Of a DNA stretch of 64,000 nucleotides, positions 44,088-54,015 are shown in pieces. Below the pieces are notes generated by a model, which had not been told where the DNA came from, searched no databases, and worked only from the letters and a program-made list of their open reading frames with translations. The stretch lies in assembly GCF_988243305.1 (NCBI RefSeq), contig NZ_OZ547136.1. One strand, given 5' to 3'. The translations under genes were made by a program, and so were the position numbers. Position 1 is the stretch's first letter; every line of letters starts with the position of its first letter.

Positions 44088-46166
44088 TTGATAATGATAA
44101 TCAGCCCTCCAATATTGCATGCGCATATAGACACTGAAAAAGACTCTGACTGGGTAAACAGAATGATGTCTGTTGATCCAGAGAGAAATTTCCCAATGAA
44201 TAGCGGTCGTTCTTGGCATGGTGGAGTTCATTTGAACGGCAATCTGTCAGAGACTGTTAGGTGTATTGCCGATGGGAAGGTTATTTCAATACGCCAGCCA
44301 GAACCAGCGAAAAATACAGTTCCCCCGTTAAATTATAACGGAGTTACGGATAAAGGCTATGTTCTGATAAAACATGAAACAGAAATCGGTAGTGGAGAAG
44401 AGGGTAAAATCGTCTATTACTCATTATATATGCACCTGAGAAGCATTGACAGTAATGTGCAGCCGGGAAACACGCTATACCGGAAAGAACCGGTTGGTGC
44501 AGCAGGGATGGTGGACGGACAGAACGCCTTTCATTTTCAGATTTTTTGTGATGATGAAAACATTCAGAAAATCACAGGAAGAATATCACCGGAAACAGAC
44601 CTGAATAAAGATGGACGAACTAATGTGGTTTACGGTGATAGTCATTTTTATCTCCCTACCGGAACACCGATTTATGGGGACATGCCGGAAGAAAACTCGC
44701 TTGCGAACAACAGTCCGGTACAAAGAACCAGCGTGCCATTGTATGTCACAATGAGTTTTGATAAAGGCAATTGTACGATGGTGACGCGTCAGCAGCATGA
44801 AGTGCTGAGTGATTCCTATACTGAAGTAGGTTCTCCCTTGATTAATGCTGATGGTAAGGATTATGAATACAATCTCTATTCCTACGCGCTGCAACTCTAT
44901 CCGAAAAGCCCAAGTGCCGGTTATGAGATGCTGCGTTTTGGTCGGGTTGTTAATACAGAATATGAAGAATTAGTCCCGGCGGATGCGCCGCTGTGGAGAA
45001 CAATCAATACGCCACAGGGTAAAGGCGTTGTTAACTTAGGGGCGAGAGATATCAGGGTTTACAGCGACGGTGATTTTCCACACTGGACAGGGTGGAAACT
45101 GGTGAACGATGATGCGGACACCAACAGCCAGTGCAATTCACCAACAATCCTGTGTACAACCCGCAATGACCTAAGTCGGATGATTTGTCATTTTCCGCTA
45201 GAATGGGACAGCGCCACCGTGGAATCACGGTTTGAGTGGCTGAAATCACCCAATGACGTATTGAGTAAGCCGATGACAGAGCCTGACCTGGATTTGCTGA
45301 TAGAACACTGTAAGGCGCTTTGTTTGGTAGAGAATCCGTTACCTGCCAGGCGTGTATGGCATTTTGATCCCAGGCAGTTTATTGCACATTTCAGGAAATG
45401 TGGATGGTTAGGAGAAAATGATATTATAAGTGTGGTAAGACGTTATCAAAATGCTTATCCCATGACATCAGAACTTACAAGACCATTAAGTAAAGACACT
45501 CTAATTGAGCGGATTACTAGCCAAGGACAAAATAGCAGTGGTGAGATGATAAGACCTGCAGGGTTGAAAAATGAACTGTCAAAGTCACTAAGGAAGTACT
45601 TAATTACAACCCCATTGCGGATTGCGCATTATTTCGGTCAGATGGCGAGAGAAACAGGCAGATTTTCGTCTTTTATAGAGAATGGTGATTTGAGTTATTT
45701 TGATATGTATGAGCCAGGAACAGAACAGGGACTTAAGCTTGGAAATAATGTTGTTGGTGATGGTGCAAGATTTAAAGGCAGAGGTACCATACATCTAACT
45801 GGTCGTGAGAATTATAGAAATTATGGAAAGTATAGAAATCCGTCAGATGATGATTTTTTTACTACAGGACCCAATAACCAACTCCCAGTTGAAAATGCCT
45901 ATTTTTCTTGCGATGCCGGGGGATACTTTTGGGCAAGTAAGCAAAAATACATAATGGTAAGCCATCGATTGACACCTAGTGGTAGTTTAGGCGTTAATTA
46001 TTGGGCGGATAAAGGATGTAGTTTGTCACATGCCAGAGAAGTTACACGGCGAATAAACCCAGCAGCAGATGGCTTCGATTTAGTACGTTGGCCAGCATTT
46101 GAGCATTCTTGGTATGTATTGAATGATGAAATAACACCTCCACTTAATTACATAAGGATTGTTTAA
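44088..46166 (+). CDS. predicted two-domain peptidoglycan hydrolase: M23/LytM-like N-terminal domain plus GH19-like (lysozyme/chitinase-family) C-terminal domain; candidate T6SS cargo effector
   Basis: 692-aa AT-rich ORF. N-terminal region follows the M23 motif order (WHGGVHL, ADGKVISI, GYVLIKHE, YYSLYMHL, NAFHFQIF). C-terminal region carries GH19 hallmarks (YFGQMARETGRF and KGRGTIHLTGRENYRNYG). Start codon uncertain. Confidence 0.6.
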   Translation: MIMIISPPILHAHIDTEKDSDWVNRMMSVDPERNFPMNSGRSWHGGVHLNGNLSETVRCIADGKVISIRQPEPAKNTVPPLNYNGVTDKGYVLIKHETEIGSGEEGKIVYYSLYMHLRSIDSNVQPGNTLYRKEPVGAAGMVDGQNAFHFQIFCDDENIQKITGRISPETDLNKDGRTNVVYGDSHFYLPTGTPIYGDMPEENSLANNSPVQRTSVPLYVTMSFDKGNCTMVTRQQHEVLSDSYTEVGSPLINADGKDYEYNLYSYALQLYPKSPSAGYEMLRFGRVVNTEYEELVPADAPLWRTINTPQGKGVVNLGARDIRVYSDGDFPHWTGWKLVNDDADTNSQCNSPTILCTTRNDLSRMICHFPLEWDSATVESRFEWLKSPNDVLSKPMTEPDLDLLIEHCKALCLVENPLPARRVWHFDPRQFIAHFRKCGWLGENDIISVVRRYQNAYPMTSELTRPLSKDTLIERITSQGQNSSGEMIRPAGLKNELSKSLRKYLITTPLRIAHYFGQMARETGRFSSFIENGDLSYFDMYEPGTEQGLKLGNNVVGDGARFKGRGTIHLTGRENYRNYGKYRNPSDDDFFTTGPNNQLPVENAYFSCDAGGYFWASKQKYIMVSHRLTPSGSLGVNYWADKGCSLSHAREVTRRINPAADGFDLVRWPAFEHSWYVLNDEITPPLNYIRIV

Positions 46167-46170
46167 AACA

Positions 46171-46674
46171 ATGAATTTTAAAAAAACAATAATCACTTCG
46201 GTAGGTTTGATATTTATTTCATTCTCTTTTGTGGCAGAGTGCTCTCAACTCAAAAATTTGAATAATTACTCAGTGATGCTTTGTGGAAAAGTGTCAAGTA
46301 ATATCCTTGATGATATTGGTGGTTATAAAGAAAGAGATAAAAAATCCGAAATGGTAGATTTACTTATATTAATTAGTAATGACGAGCCTATCGGTGTTTC
46401 TGAGACCAAAGTGATTTCTAATGGTAAAATATATTTTAAGGGGGAAAGTACTATGAACTTGGATGCCTCATTCATTATGACAATAAATGGTGGAGTTCAT
46501 ACTGACACTGTCACTTATATATCAAAGAAGAATAAAATTATCGGGGGCTACTTTTATAATAATGAGAGTAAAACTGATAAGCTTAAGGAAGTATATATCT
46601 CAAACACAGGAACTGTATATCATATAAATATTGAAAGTGTCAGCGATGATAAATGTCTTGATAAATTTAAGTAA
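46171..46674 (+). CDS. candidate periplasmic immunity protein (signal peptide)
   Basis: 167-aa ORF from ATG 46171 (MNFKKTIITSVGLIFISFSFVAECSQ...), 4 nt after the hydrolase stop; cleavable Sec-type signal; very AT-rich. Confidence 0.45.
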   Translation: MNFKKTIITSVGLIFISFSFVAECSQLKNLNNYSVMLCGKVSSNILDDIGGYKERDKKSEMVDLLILISNDEPIGVSETKVISNGKIYFKGESTMNLDASFIMTINGGVHTDTVTYISKKNKIIGGYFYNNESKTDKLKEVYISNTGTVYHINIESVSDDKCLDKFK

Positions 46675-46942
46675 CGATAAGGCAAGGATGATTGATTGGG
46701 TTTAGTTAAGTTTCGAGAACAAATTTCCGCGGCAGAGAGTATAAATGTAGGGGCAAGAATGCTAAAATCGTGAAGTGCACCACAACTATAATTCCAGTTT
46801 ACTTTGTTTATTTGATTGTAATTTAACCATTAAATGATTAGGTTTTTTAGAAAAGGACGTCTGATGAATGTTTAAATTAATTTTGAATACATTTCAATTA
46901 TTTTGTTGTATGTTGGCAAGGTCAAATAAGACATAATTTAAT

Positions 46943-47645
46943 GGCAGGGAAAGATCATCGTAAGTACACTTTTTGTACTAAATAATTTGCATTTTATGTT
47001 TAAAAATTGAGATATTCCTCATCACCTGAAGCTGTTTTTTATTACTTATATATGATCAAATACTCCTTACATAAATAAGGAGAACAAAATGGAACTTAAA
47101 AAATTGATGGAACATATTTCTATTATCCCCGATTACAGACAAGCCTGGAAAGTGGAACATAAATTATCGGATATTCTACTGTTGACTATTTGTGCTGTTA
47201 TTTCTGGTGCAGAAGGATGGGAAGATATAGAGGATTTTGGGGAAACACATCTCGATTTTTTGAAGCAATATTGTGATTTTGATAATGGTATTCCTGTTCA
47301 CGATACCATTGCCAGAGTTGTATCCTGTATCAGTCCTGAAAAATTTCATGAGTGCTTTATTAACTGGATGCTTGACTGCCATTCTTCAGATGATAAAGAC
47401 GTCATTGCAATTGATGGAAAAACGCTCCGGTACTCTTATGACAAGAGTCGTCGCAAGGGAGCGATTCACGTTATTAGTGTGTTCTCAATAATGCACAGTC
47501 AGATTCCTTGGAAGATCAAGACGAATGAAAAAAACAATGAGATTACAGCTGTTTCTGAATTTCTTAACATAATGGGTATTAAAGGAAAAATAATTGCACC
47601 GATCCAATGTGATACCAGAAAGACATCGCTAAGAAGATAGCTATA
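46943..47645 (+). mobile_element. H-repeat element, 3'-truncated and degenerate copy
   Basis: Left end and first ~550 bp of transposase gene near-identical to the intact copy, then frameshifted (..[20 protein letters not shown]) and lost about 50 nt upstream of the cyclase gene 3' end. Confidence 0.8.
47089..47640 (+). pseudogene. truncated H-repeat transposase
   Basis: 183-aa ORF identical in N-terminus to the 378-aa transposase but terminating early after indels. Confidence 0.8.
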
Positions 47646-47713
47646 GACAATTATTACCCTCCGTCAGCCCTTGTTAAGCGAGGAGAGACGTAATCTGTCC
47701 AGTCCCCTAATGC

Positions 47714-48811
47714 TTATAAAGCCCATCGATTTCGCCCACTTTCTTTCGCCCGGTATAACGCAGCGTCGGCATCTGAAATAATTTGTTCAGCCGTTTTTGC
47801 GGGAGCAGAACAGGTAATCCCCTGACTAACCGTAACGAATGCATTAACAGCAGATGCCTGATGTGGGATAGCTGCCAGTTTAAGTTCTTGCTTCACTCTG
47901 GCTGCTACCGTCTTTGCTTCCGGCAATGTTGCATTAAAAAGTATGATGGCAAACTCTTCGCCACCATAACGGACAACAACATCCTCCGACTGGCGAGTTG
48001 AACGCTGTAGAGCGTCGGCAACTTGTATTAGACAACGATCCCCAGCAGGATGCCCGTAAGTGTCGTTGTAACGTTTAAAAAAATCGACATCCAGCATAAT
48101 AAGAGCAAATGACCCGCCGTTATCCATCGCGTCGTGTAAGATACTGTTCATTGCACGTCGGTTTGCTATCCCAGTTAAAGGATCACGATGTGCTAATGCA
48201 TCAAGGCGATTAATTAACTGGTTGTTATAACTGTTTTGTACCCATGCTTCTTCAAACCAACGTAACAAAATGAGTCGCCCACCATATAGCGCCAGTGAAA
48301 AAATACACCATACAACAGCAAAATGAATATTGATCTGTTGATTAAGCATAAGACTCGCTATTGGAGTGGTGAACCATAAGGGAATGACAAATGCGAGCAA
48401 TGATGGGGTATGGAAATAAAGTGCGACAACGCCACTAAGCATTAATAATACACATAGTGGATAAGCAAACTGCAGCGTCCAGTACGCAATAAAGTGATAA
48501 CTACACCATGACCATAGCAGGCTCAGGGCAACTAATAGCACCTGGATAGGTAATGTTTTTTGCCGAGGGATGAGTAGTAAACCACTGCAAATCAGCAGAA
48601 TACCCGTTGCAGATATATCAATAGAATGTATAAGGCTTTTTTCATTTAACCAGGGTGGAGTAAGGTCATTAAACAGAACACGGCGCAGCAAAATTATCAA
48701 TGCAAAACTGACATTGATAAAAGCAAACCATGGCAAACTAATTGTCATGCCGCGGATAACCATATCGCGGCGTGTTTGCCACGAGTGATGCGTTTTTCTT
48801 CTTTCAGCCAT
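47714..48811 (-). CDS. membrane-anchored diguanylate cyclase (GGDEF domain)
   Basis: 365-aa ORF: N-terminal multi-TM region and C-terminal GGDEF domain with intact RYGGEEF active-site motif; start codon not resolved. Confidence 0.8.
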   Translation of the reverse strand: MAERRKTHHSWQTRRDMVIRGMTISLPWFAFINVSFALIILLRRVLFNDLTPPWLNEKSLIHSIDISATGILLICSGLLLIPRQKTLPIQVLLVALSLLWSWCSYHFIAYWTLQFAYPLCVLLMLSGVVALYFHTPSLLAFVIPLWFTTPIASLMLNQQINIHFAVVWCIFSLALYGGRLILLRWFEEAWVQNSYNNQLINRLDALAHRDPLTGIANRRAMNSILHDAMDNGGSFALIMLDVDFFKRYNDTYGHPAGDRCLIQVADALQRSTRQSEDVVVRYGGEEFAIILFNATLPEAKTVAARVKQELKLAAIPHQASAVNAFVTVSQGITCSAPAKTAEQIISDADAALYRAKESGRNRWAL

Positions 48812-48857
48812 TTTTTAGCCAAATAAGGGCAGGAGACCTGCCCGATACAGAGTAAAA

Positions 48858-50834
48858 TTATGGTGTCACTATATTGAACCAAAATTCAAAATTATCCATA
48901 TAACCTAACAGCTCGTTGAGCTTTTCCGCATTGCCGGTAATTTTGACATCACCTTTGTCCGTGGCTTCTTTCAGCGTCTCTTCTTTCAGTACAATTTTGT
49001 TCAATACATCACGAGATAGAGAGATAGTGGCATCAGCCTCCGAAGCCTCTACACCAGCGGTATGATTGAGAACACCATTTTCAAGCTCTACCTTATAGGT
49101 GCCGCCATCTTCACCAAAATCGAAATTCAACACGGCTTTGGCATCTGCCGCTTTCTCACCATTAATATGGACGGCAAGATAATCAAAGAACATTTCTGGC
49201 GTCATTGCACGCACAGTGTCAGGGCTGGCAGTATTTGGTGTTGGTAATTTTTGTACGCCGTTACGCAATTCCTGTGCACCAGTGAGATAGAAATTACGCC
49301 ACGGCCCAGATTCAGCCTGATAGCCTAACTGCTCAAGCGCATCAGCTTCCAGATTTCTCGCTGCCTGGTTGTTTGGATCCGCAAACACCACCTTACTAAC
49401 AACTTGGGCAACCCAGCGGAAATTACCCTGGTCATAATCCTGTTTGGCTTTCTGTAAAATGGCATCAGCACCGCCCATATACTCGACGAATTTTTTTGCG
49501 CCTTCTTCTGGCGGTAGTTCATCAAGCGTCGCGGGGTTACCATCAAACCAGCCGAGATAAAGCACGTAAGTTGCTTTCACGTCATGACTTACCGAACCGT
49601 AATAGCCGCGATTCGCCCAGGTGTTAGCCAGTGAAGAGGGCAGTTTAAAGTTTGCGGCAATTTCATCACGGGTCATCCCTTGATTAGCCATGCGCAGAGT
49701 TTGATCATTGATGTAACGATACAAATCACGCTGGCTTTTAAGCAGTTTGACCACGTTATCGTTGCCCCAGGTTGGCCAGTGATGTTGAGCGAGAATAATC
49801 TCGGCTTTATCACCCCACAAATTGAGAGCTTCATTAATATATTTTGACCACGGCAGCGGTTGGCGAATTTTAGCCCCACGCAGCGAATAGGTGTTATGAA
49901 GGGTGTGCGTGACATCTTCAGCGGTTTCGATCAGTTTCTTTTCTTCAATAAACCACAGCATTTCAGAAGGCGCTTCAGAACCTGGCGCCATCAGGAAATC
50001 ATAAGTCAACCCGTCAATAGTTTCTTTTTGTCCGGTTTTGGTGATGTAGTTAGTAGGAGCAATCAACGTGACTGTTCCTGCTGAAGTAGTCGTTCCCAGT
50101 CCAGCCCCCACCTGGCCTTTAACATCAGGTTTCAATAAGTTGCCATACATATAACTGGCTCGTCGGCTCATCACATTGCCAGCCATAATATTTTCGGAAA
50201 CGGCTTCCTCCAAAAATCCGGCTGGCGCATAGATTTTAACTTTGCCTGATTTAACGTCAGCTTCATCAATTACGCCACGAACACCACCGTAGTGATCGAC
50301 ATGACTGTGTGTATAGATAACCGCCACTACCGGTTTTTTGCCGCGATTTTTGTAATAGAGATCCATACCCACTTTGGCTGTTTCTGCTGAAACAAGGGGA
50401 TCAACGACGGTAATACCCTCTTTGCCTTCAATGATGGTCATATTTGATAGATCGAGATTGCGAATCTGATAGACACCTTCAGTTACTTCGAATAACCCGC
50501 TGATATTTATCAGTTGCGCCTGACGCCATAAACTCGGATTCACCGTATCAGGGGCTTTATCGCCTTCTTTGATAAAAGCGTAATGTTGTGGATCCCAGAT
50601 AACATTCCCTTGTTCGCCCTTAATCACGTCTTGAGGGATAGGGGCAATAAAACCTTTATGGGCATCAGTAAAGTCAGTGTTATCGGCAAACGGCAACTGG
50701 TTGGAGAGTAAATTGTTTGCTTGTTGCGTGGCTGCGGTGGCGTCTTTAGGAGCTTCCGCCGCGAGGAGAGGTAAAGAACTGGTGGTGAATAATCCCGTTA
50801 TTAGCAGACTTTTAACGATATGATTAAGCTGCAT
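48858..50834 (-). CDS. alkyl/aryl-sulfatase, metallo-beta-lactamase fold (YjcS/SdsA1-like)
   Basis: 658-aa ORF with signal peptide (MQLNHIVKSLLITGLFTTSSLPLLAA) and MBL metal-binding motif THSHVDHYGG. Confidence 0.8.
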   Translation of the reverse strand: MQLNHIVKSLLITGLFTTSSLPLLAAEAPKDATAATQQANNLLSNQLPFADNTDFTDAHKGFIAPIPQDVIKGEQGNVIWDPQHYAFIKEGDKAPDTVNPSLWRQAQLINISGLFEVTEGVYQIRNLDLSNMTIIEGKEGITVVDPLVSAETAKVGMDLYYKNRGKKPVVAVIYTHSHVDHYGGVRGVIDEADVKSGKVKIYAPAGFLEEAVSENIMAGNVMSRRASYMYGNLLKPDVKGQVGAGLGTTTSAGTVTLIAPTNYITKTGQKETIDGLTYDFLMAPGSEAPSEMLWFIEEKKLIETAEDVTHTLHNTYSLRGAKIRQPLPWSKYINEALNLWGDKAEIILAQHHWPTWGNDNVVKLLKSQRDLYRYINDQTLRMANQGMTRDEIAANFKLPSSLANTWANRGYYGSVSHDVKATYVLYLGWFDGNPATLDELPPEEGAKKFVEYMGGADAILQKAKQDYDQGNFRWVAQVVSKVVFADPNNQAARNLEADALEQLGYQAESGPWRNFYLTGAQELRNGVQKLPTPNTASPDTVRAMTPEMFFDYLAVHINGEKAADAKAVLNFDFGEDGGTYKVELENGVLNHTAGVEASEADATISLSRDVLNKIVLKEETLKEATDKGDVKITGNAEKLNELLGYMDNFEFWFNIVTP

Positions 50835-51139
50835 CTTAAGCGTCTCCAGAATGGATTTTTATTGGGGGTAATTACGGATGAAAATTTTTAGTGAGGGCAA
50901 GAATAACTATAATGGGCGTTAACAAATTGGCAAGCCGGGAAATTGATGTTTTCTTAATGGCATGTTGGCGAAGAATATATTCTGCAAGTTAACGTTTTCA
51001 TTGGCGCTTTATTTAAAAGTGTGTAGTACAAATATGTACAATTTCAAGTAGGCATTATTGCCGTAAAAACGCATTACCGGACACACGACATTCACAACGT
51101 GTGTTAATTTTACTGACATCTTTCAAAAGGAGCACAATC

Positions 51140-51367
51140 ATGCCGCACATAGACATTAAATGTTTTCCGCGTGAACTGGACGAACAACAAAAAGCAGCAC
51201 TTGCTGCAGATATTACCGACGTTATTATTCGCCATCTGAACAGTAAAGATAGCTCGATAAGCATTTCTCTACAGCAGATTCAACCAGAATCTTGGCAAGC
51301 TATCTGGGATGCCGAAATCGCGCCCCAAATGGAGGCTTTGATAAAGAAACCCGGTTACAGCATGTAA
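51140..51367 (+). CDS. pptA: tautomerase PptA (4-oxalocrotonate tautomerase family)
   Basis: ORF from ATG 51140 ([13 protein letters not shown]...) with AAGGAG upstream; N-terminal Pro typical of tautomerases. Confidence 0.85.
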   Translation: MPHIDIKCFPRELDEQQKAALAADITDVIIRHLNSKDSSISISLQQIQPESWQAIWDAEIAPQMEALIKKPGYSM

Positions 51368-51370
51368 TGC

Positions 51371-51940
51371 TTAACCTGCCGTAACACGCTTGCCGCTGGT
51401 AACAAACGTGCCAGCACCTAAATGATGCAACGTATTGAGTTTGTCATCATCAAACTGCCAGCGGCCTTCGACAAATACTCGTGCGTCTGCCGCTGCAGAT
51501 ACCACTTCGCCAAATAGCGTATCGTATTTTTCTTGCGCGGAAGTTGCAGGTAGCAGGCGACACTCCATCCACGCCAGACATTTTTCCTCGACCAGCGGCA
51601 AACCAAGCACCGGGCCTCTCACTACCGGAATGCCGTAGCAATTAAATTTATCTTCTTCACGACCCGACACACTTCCCACCGCCCACGTCCAGTTAGTTGC
51701 TGCAACGCCCGGGATAACGATGCCAAACTTACCATTACGTTCAATCAACTCCCTGGTCCATGTCGATTTATCTACCACAATCGCCACGCGTGGCGGTTCA
51801 AACTCCACCGGCATTGACCAGGCTGCTGCCATAATGTTACGCCGCTGGGATTGCTCATCGAAACTGGTGATCATGACAGTTGGGCCATGATTTAACAGAC
51901 GGCTGGCATGGTGTAATTCGACGGGAATGAATTGGCTCAC
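51371..51940 (-). CDS. yddH: flavin reductase-like protein YddH
   Basis: 189-aa ORF matching recalled YddH. Confidence 0.85.
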   Translation of the reverse strand: MSQFIPVELHHASRLLNHGPTVMITSFDEQSQRRNIMAAAWSMPVEFEPPRVAIVVDKSTWTRELIERNGKFGIVIPGVAATNWTWAVGSVSGREEDKFNCYGIPVVRGPVLGLPLVEEKCLAWMECRLLPATSAQEKYDTLFGEVVSAAADARVFVEGRWQFDDDKLNTLHHLGAGTFVTSGKRVTAG

Positions 51941-52114
51941 GATATCGCCTCGCTATGAAGGGTGTTTTAAAAGCGTAGCTCGTAACGCAATAAGTAACGA
52001 AATTAACGGGATTGGCGATTTGCGAACGTGATGCATGTCCGCGATCGCACAAAATAGCCAGTGCGGCGTCTATTCCAGGTTATAAGTTGAGAAAACCACT
52101 AAGGGAAACGCCTG

Positions 52115-52960
52115 ATGACGCCCATTCTGAATCACTATTTTGCCCGTATTAACTGGTTGGGAGCTGCTGCGGCCAATATTGATACGCTGCGTGCATTGCA
52201 CCTGAAACACAATTGCACCATTCCGTTTGAAAACCTCGACGTTTTGCTGCCCAGGGAAATACAGCTTGATGATCAATCGCTGGAAGAGAAACTGGTGACA
52301 GCCCGTCGTGGCGGTTACTGTTTTGAGCAGAATGGCGTGTTTGAGCGGGTGTTACGCGAGCTGGGGTTTAACGTTCGCAGCTTGTTAGGGCGCGTAGTGT
52401 TATCAAATCCGCCAGCATTACCGCCGCGCACCCATCGTTTGTTGTTGGTGGAAGTGGAAGGGGAAAAATGGATTGCTGATGTCGGTTTCGGTGGACAGAC
52501 GCTAACCGCGCCGATTCGATTAGTTCCCGAGCTCGTGCAGACCACGCCACACGGAGAGTATCGGTTGTTGCAGGAGGGTGATGATTGGGTGTTGCAGTTT
52601 AATCATCATCAGCACTGGCAGTCGATGTACCGTTTTGATCTCTGCGAGCAGCAACAAAGCGATTATGTAATGGGCAATTTCTGGTCTGCGCACTGGCCGC
52701 AGTCGCATTTTCGCCATCATTTGCTGATGTGCCGCCATTTGCCGGACGGCGGCAAGCTGACACTGACCAATTTTCATTTTACCCATTATGAAGATGGGCA
52801 CGCGGTGGAACAGCGAAATCTACCAGATGTGGCGTCGATATATGCCGTGATGCAGGAACAGTTTGGTCTGGGGGTGGATGATGCGAAACATGGCTTTACT
52901 GTGGATGAGTTAGCGCTGGTGATGGCGGCGTTTGATACGCACCCGGAGGCGGGAAAATAA
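52115..52960 (+). CDS. nhoA: arylamine N-acetyltransferase / N-hydroxyarylamine O-acetyltransferase
   Basis: 281-aa ORF with NAT-family catalytic Cys context (RGGYCFEQN). Confidence 0.9.
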   Translation: MTPILNHYFARINWLGAAAANIDTLRALHLKHNCTIPFENLDVLLPREIQLDDQSLEEKLVTARRGGYCFEQNGVFERVLRELGFNVRSLLGRVVLSNPPALPPRTHRLLLVEVEGEKWIADVGFGGQTLTAPIRLVPELVQTTPHGEYRLLQEGDDWVLQFNHHQHWQSMYRFDLCEQQQSDYVMGNFWSAHWPQSHFRHHLLMCRHLPDGGKLTLTNFHFTHYEDGHAVEQRNLPDVASIYAVMQEQFGLGVDDAKHGFTVDELALVMAAFDTHPEAGK

Positions 52961-52973
52961 TTTATGTCAGGTT

Positions 52974-53035
52974 GCCGGATGCGGCGTAAACGCCTTATCC
53001 GGCATACATAGACCTGATAAGCGAAGCGCATCAGG
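52974..53035. repeat. REP (repetitive extragenic palindrome) pair
   Basis: GCCGGATGCGGCGTAAACGCCTTATCCGGC followed by CCTGATAAGCGAAGCGCATCAGG between convergent nhoA and yddE. Confidence 0.8.
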
Positions 53036-53043
53036 CAACGGTT

Positions 53044-53937
53044 TCAGAATTCAATTGCCCATTCGGCATGAAACAAAATCACCGCCGTGCCAGAAATGGT
53101 GACTTTCTCCGGTTGGTTATCACGAATTGTCACCGTCACTTCAATCACGCCGTCACGCCGCAATGCGCGCCCCTGATGGCCTTTAACATGCAACACGTTG
53201 CCATCGTGGGGCAATACATTGTGATGTACCAACCATGCACCCATCGGGCCATTGGCATTGCCGGTCACCGGATCTTCCACAATACCAATGGCAGGCGAGA
53301 ACATACGACCATCGGTTTCGTTTTTGCCTGGGCGGATCTGGAACGGGAAGAAACCATTGCAGCCAATCTGTTTGCTGATAGCGGTCAGCGCAGCAAGATC
53401 AGGCGAAAGGGCGTCGATATCCACTTCTGGTTTCAGTGGGATCATCACTTTTGAGTGTCCTGTGGTTGCCACCTGAATTGGCAAGCCTGGCAGAATATCG
53501 TCTTCAGTGAGATGAAGCGCGTTGATAATTGCCGTGCGAGCTTCACCTTCCAGCGGTGGCTCAAAGCCCGGCGGACCTTGTTCCAGTGAAATACGATAAT
53601 CATCATTGTGATTTTCGATAGTCACGCGATGTTTTCCTGCCAGTGACGTTTGCCAGACCGTGCAATTTCCTAAACCTACCACCTTCGCACGTACATAGTG
53701 CGCAGCTACTGTCGCGTGACCGCAAATAGGCACTTCAACCGTTGGCGTAAAGTAGCGGATGCGCACATCGCTGTCGTCGCTGTGCAGCAGAAAAGCAGTT
53801 TCGGAATGACCTAATTCGCGGGCGATAAGCTGCATTTGCGCTTCACTGAGATTATCGGCGGGGAAAACAACACCGGCAGAATTGCCGCGAAACGGTTGTG
53901 AGGTAAAAGCATCGACGTGGTACACCTGCGGTTTCAT
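53044..53937 (-). CDS. yddE: PhzF-family isomerase YddE
   Basis: 297-aa ORF matching recalled YddE. Confidence 0.88.
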   Translation of the reverse strand: MKPQVYHVDAFTSQPFRGNSAGVVFPADNLSEAQMQLIARELGHSETAFLLHSDDSDVRIRYFTPTVEVPICGHATVAAHYVRAKVVGLGNCTVWQTSLAGKHRVTIENHNDDYRISLEQGPPGFEPPLEGEARTAIINALHLTEDDILPGLPIQVATTGHSKVMIPLKPEVDIDALSPDLAALTAISKQIGCNGFFPFQIRPGKNETDGRMFSPAIGIVEDPVTGNANGPMGAWLVHHNVLPHDGNVLHVKGHQGRALRRDGVIEVTVTIRDNQPEKVTISGTAVILFHAEWAIEF

Positions 53938-54015
53938 TAACGTTCTCCTGTGGCTGGAGAACTATCATAGCCTGCAAGTGGCCGGAGAGCGAAGGGCTAT
54001 CCGGCCAGGGTGAAA

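Noticed and set aside
44088-46166. Alternative reading of the 692-aa hydrolase as a prophage endolysin
   Set aside because: No phage structural, holin, integrase or terminase genes flank it; it follows a vgrG remnant and precedes a signal-peptide protein, which fits T6SS cargo better. Not excluded without database comparison.
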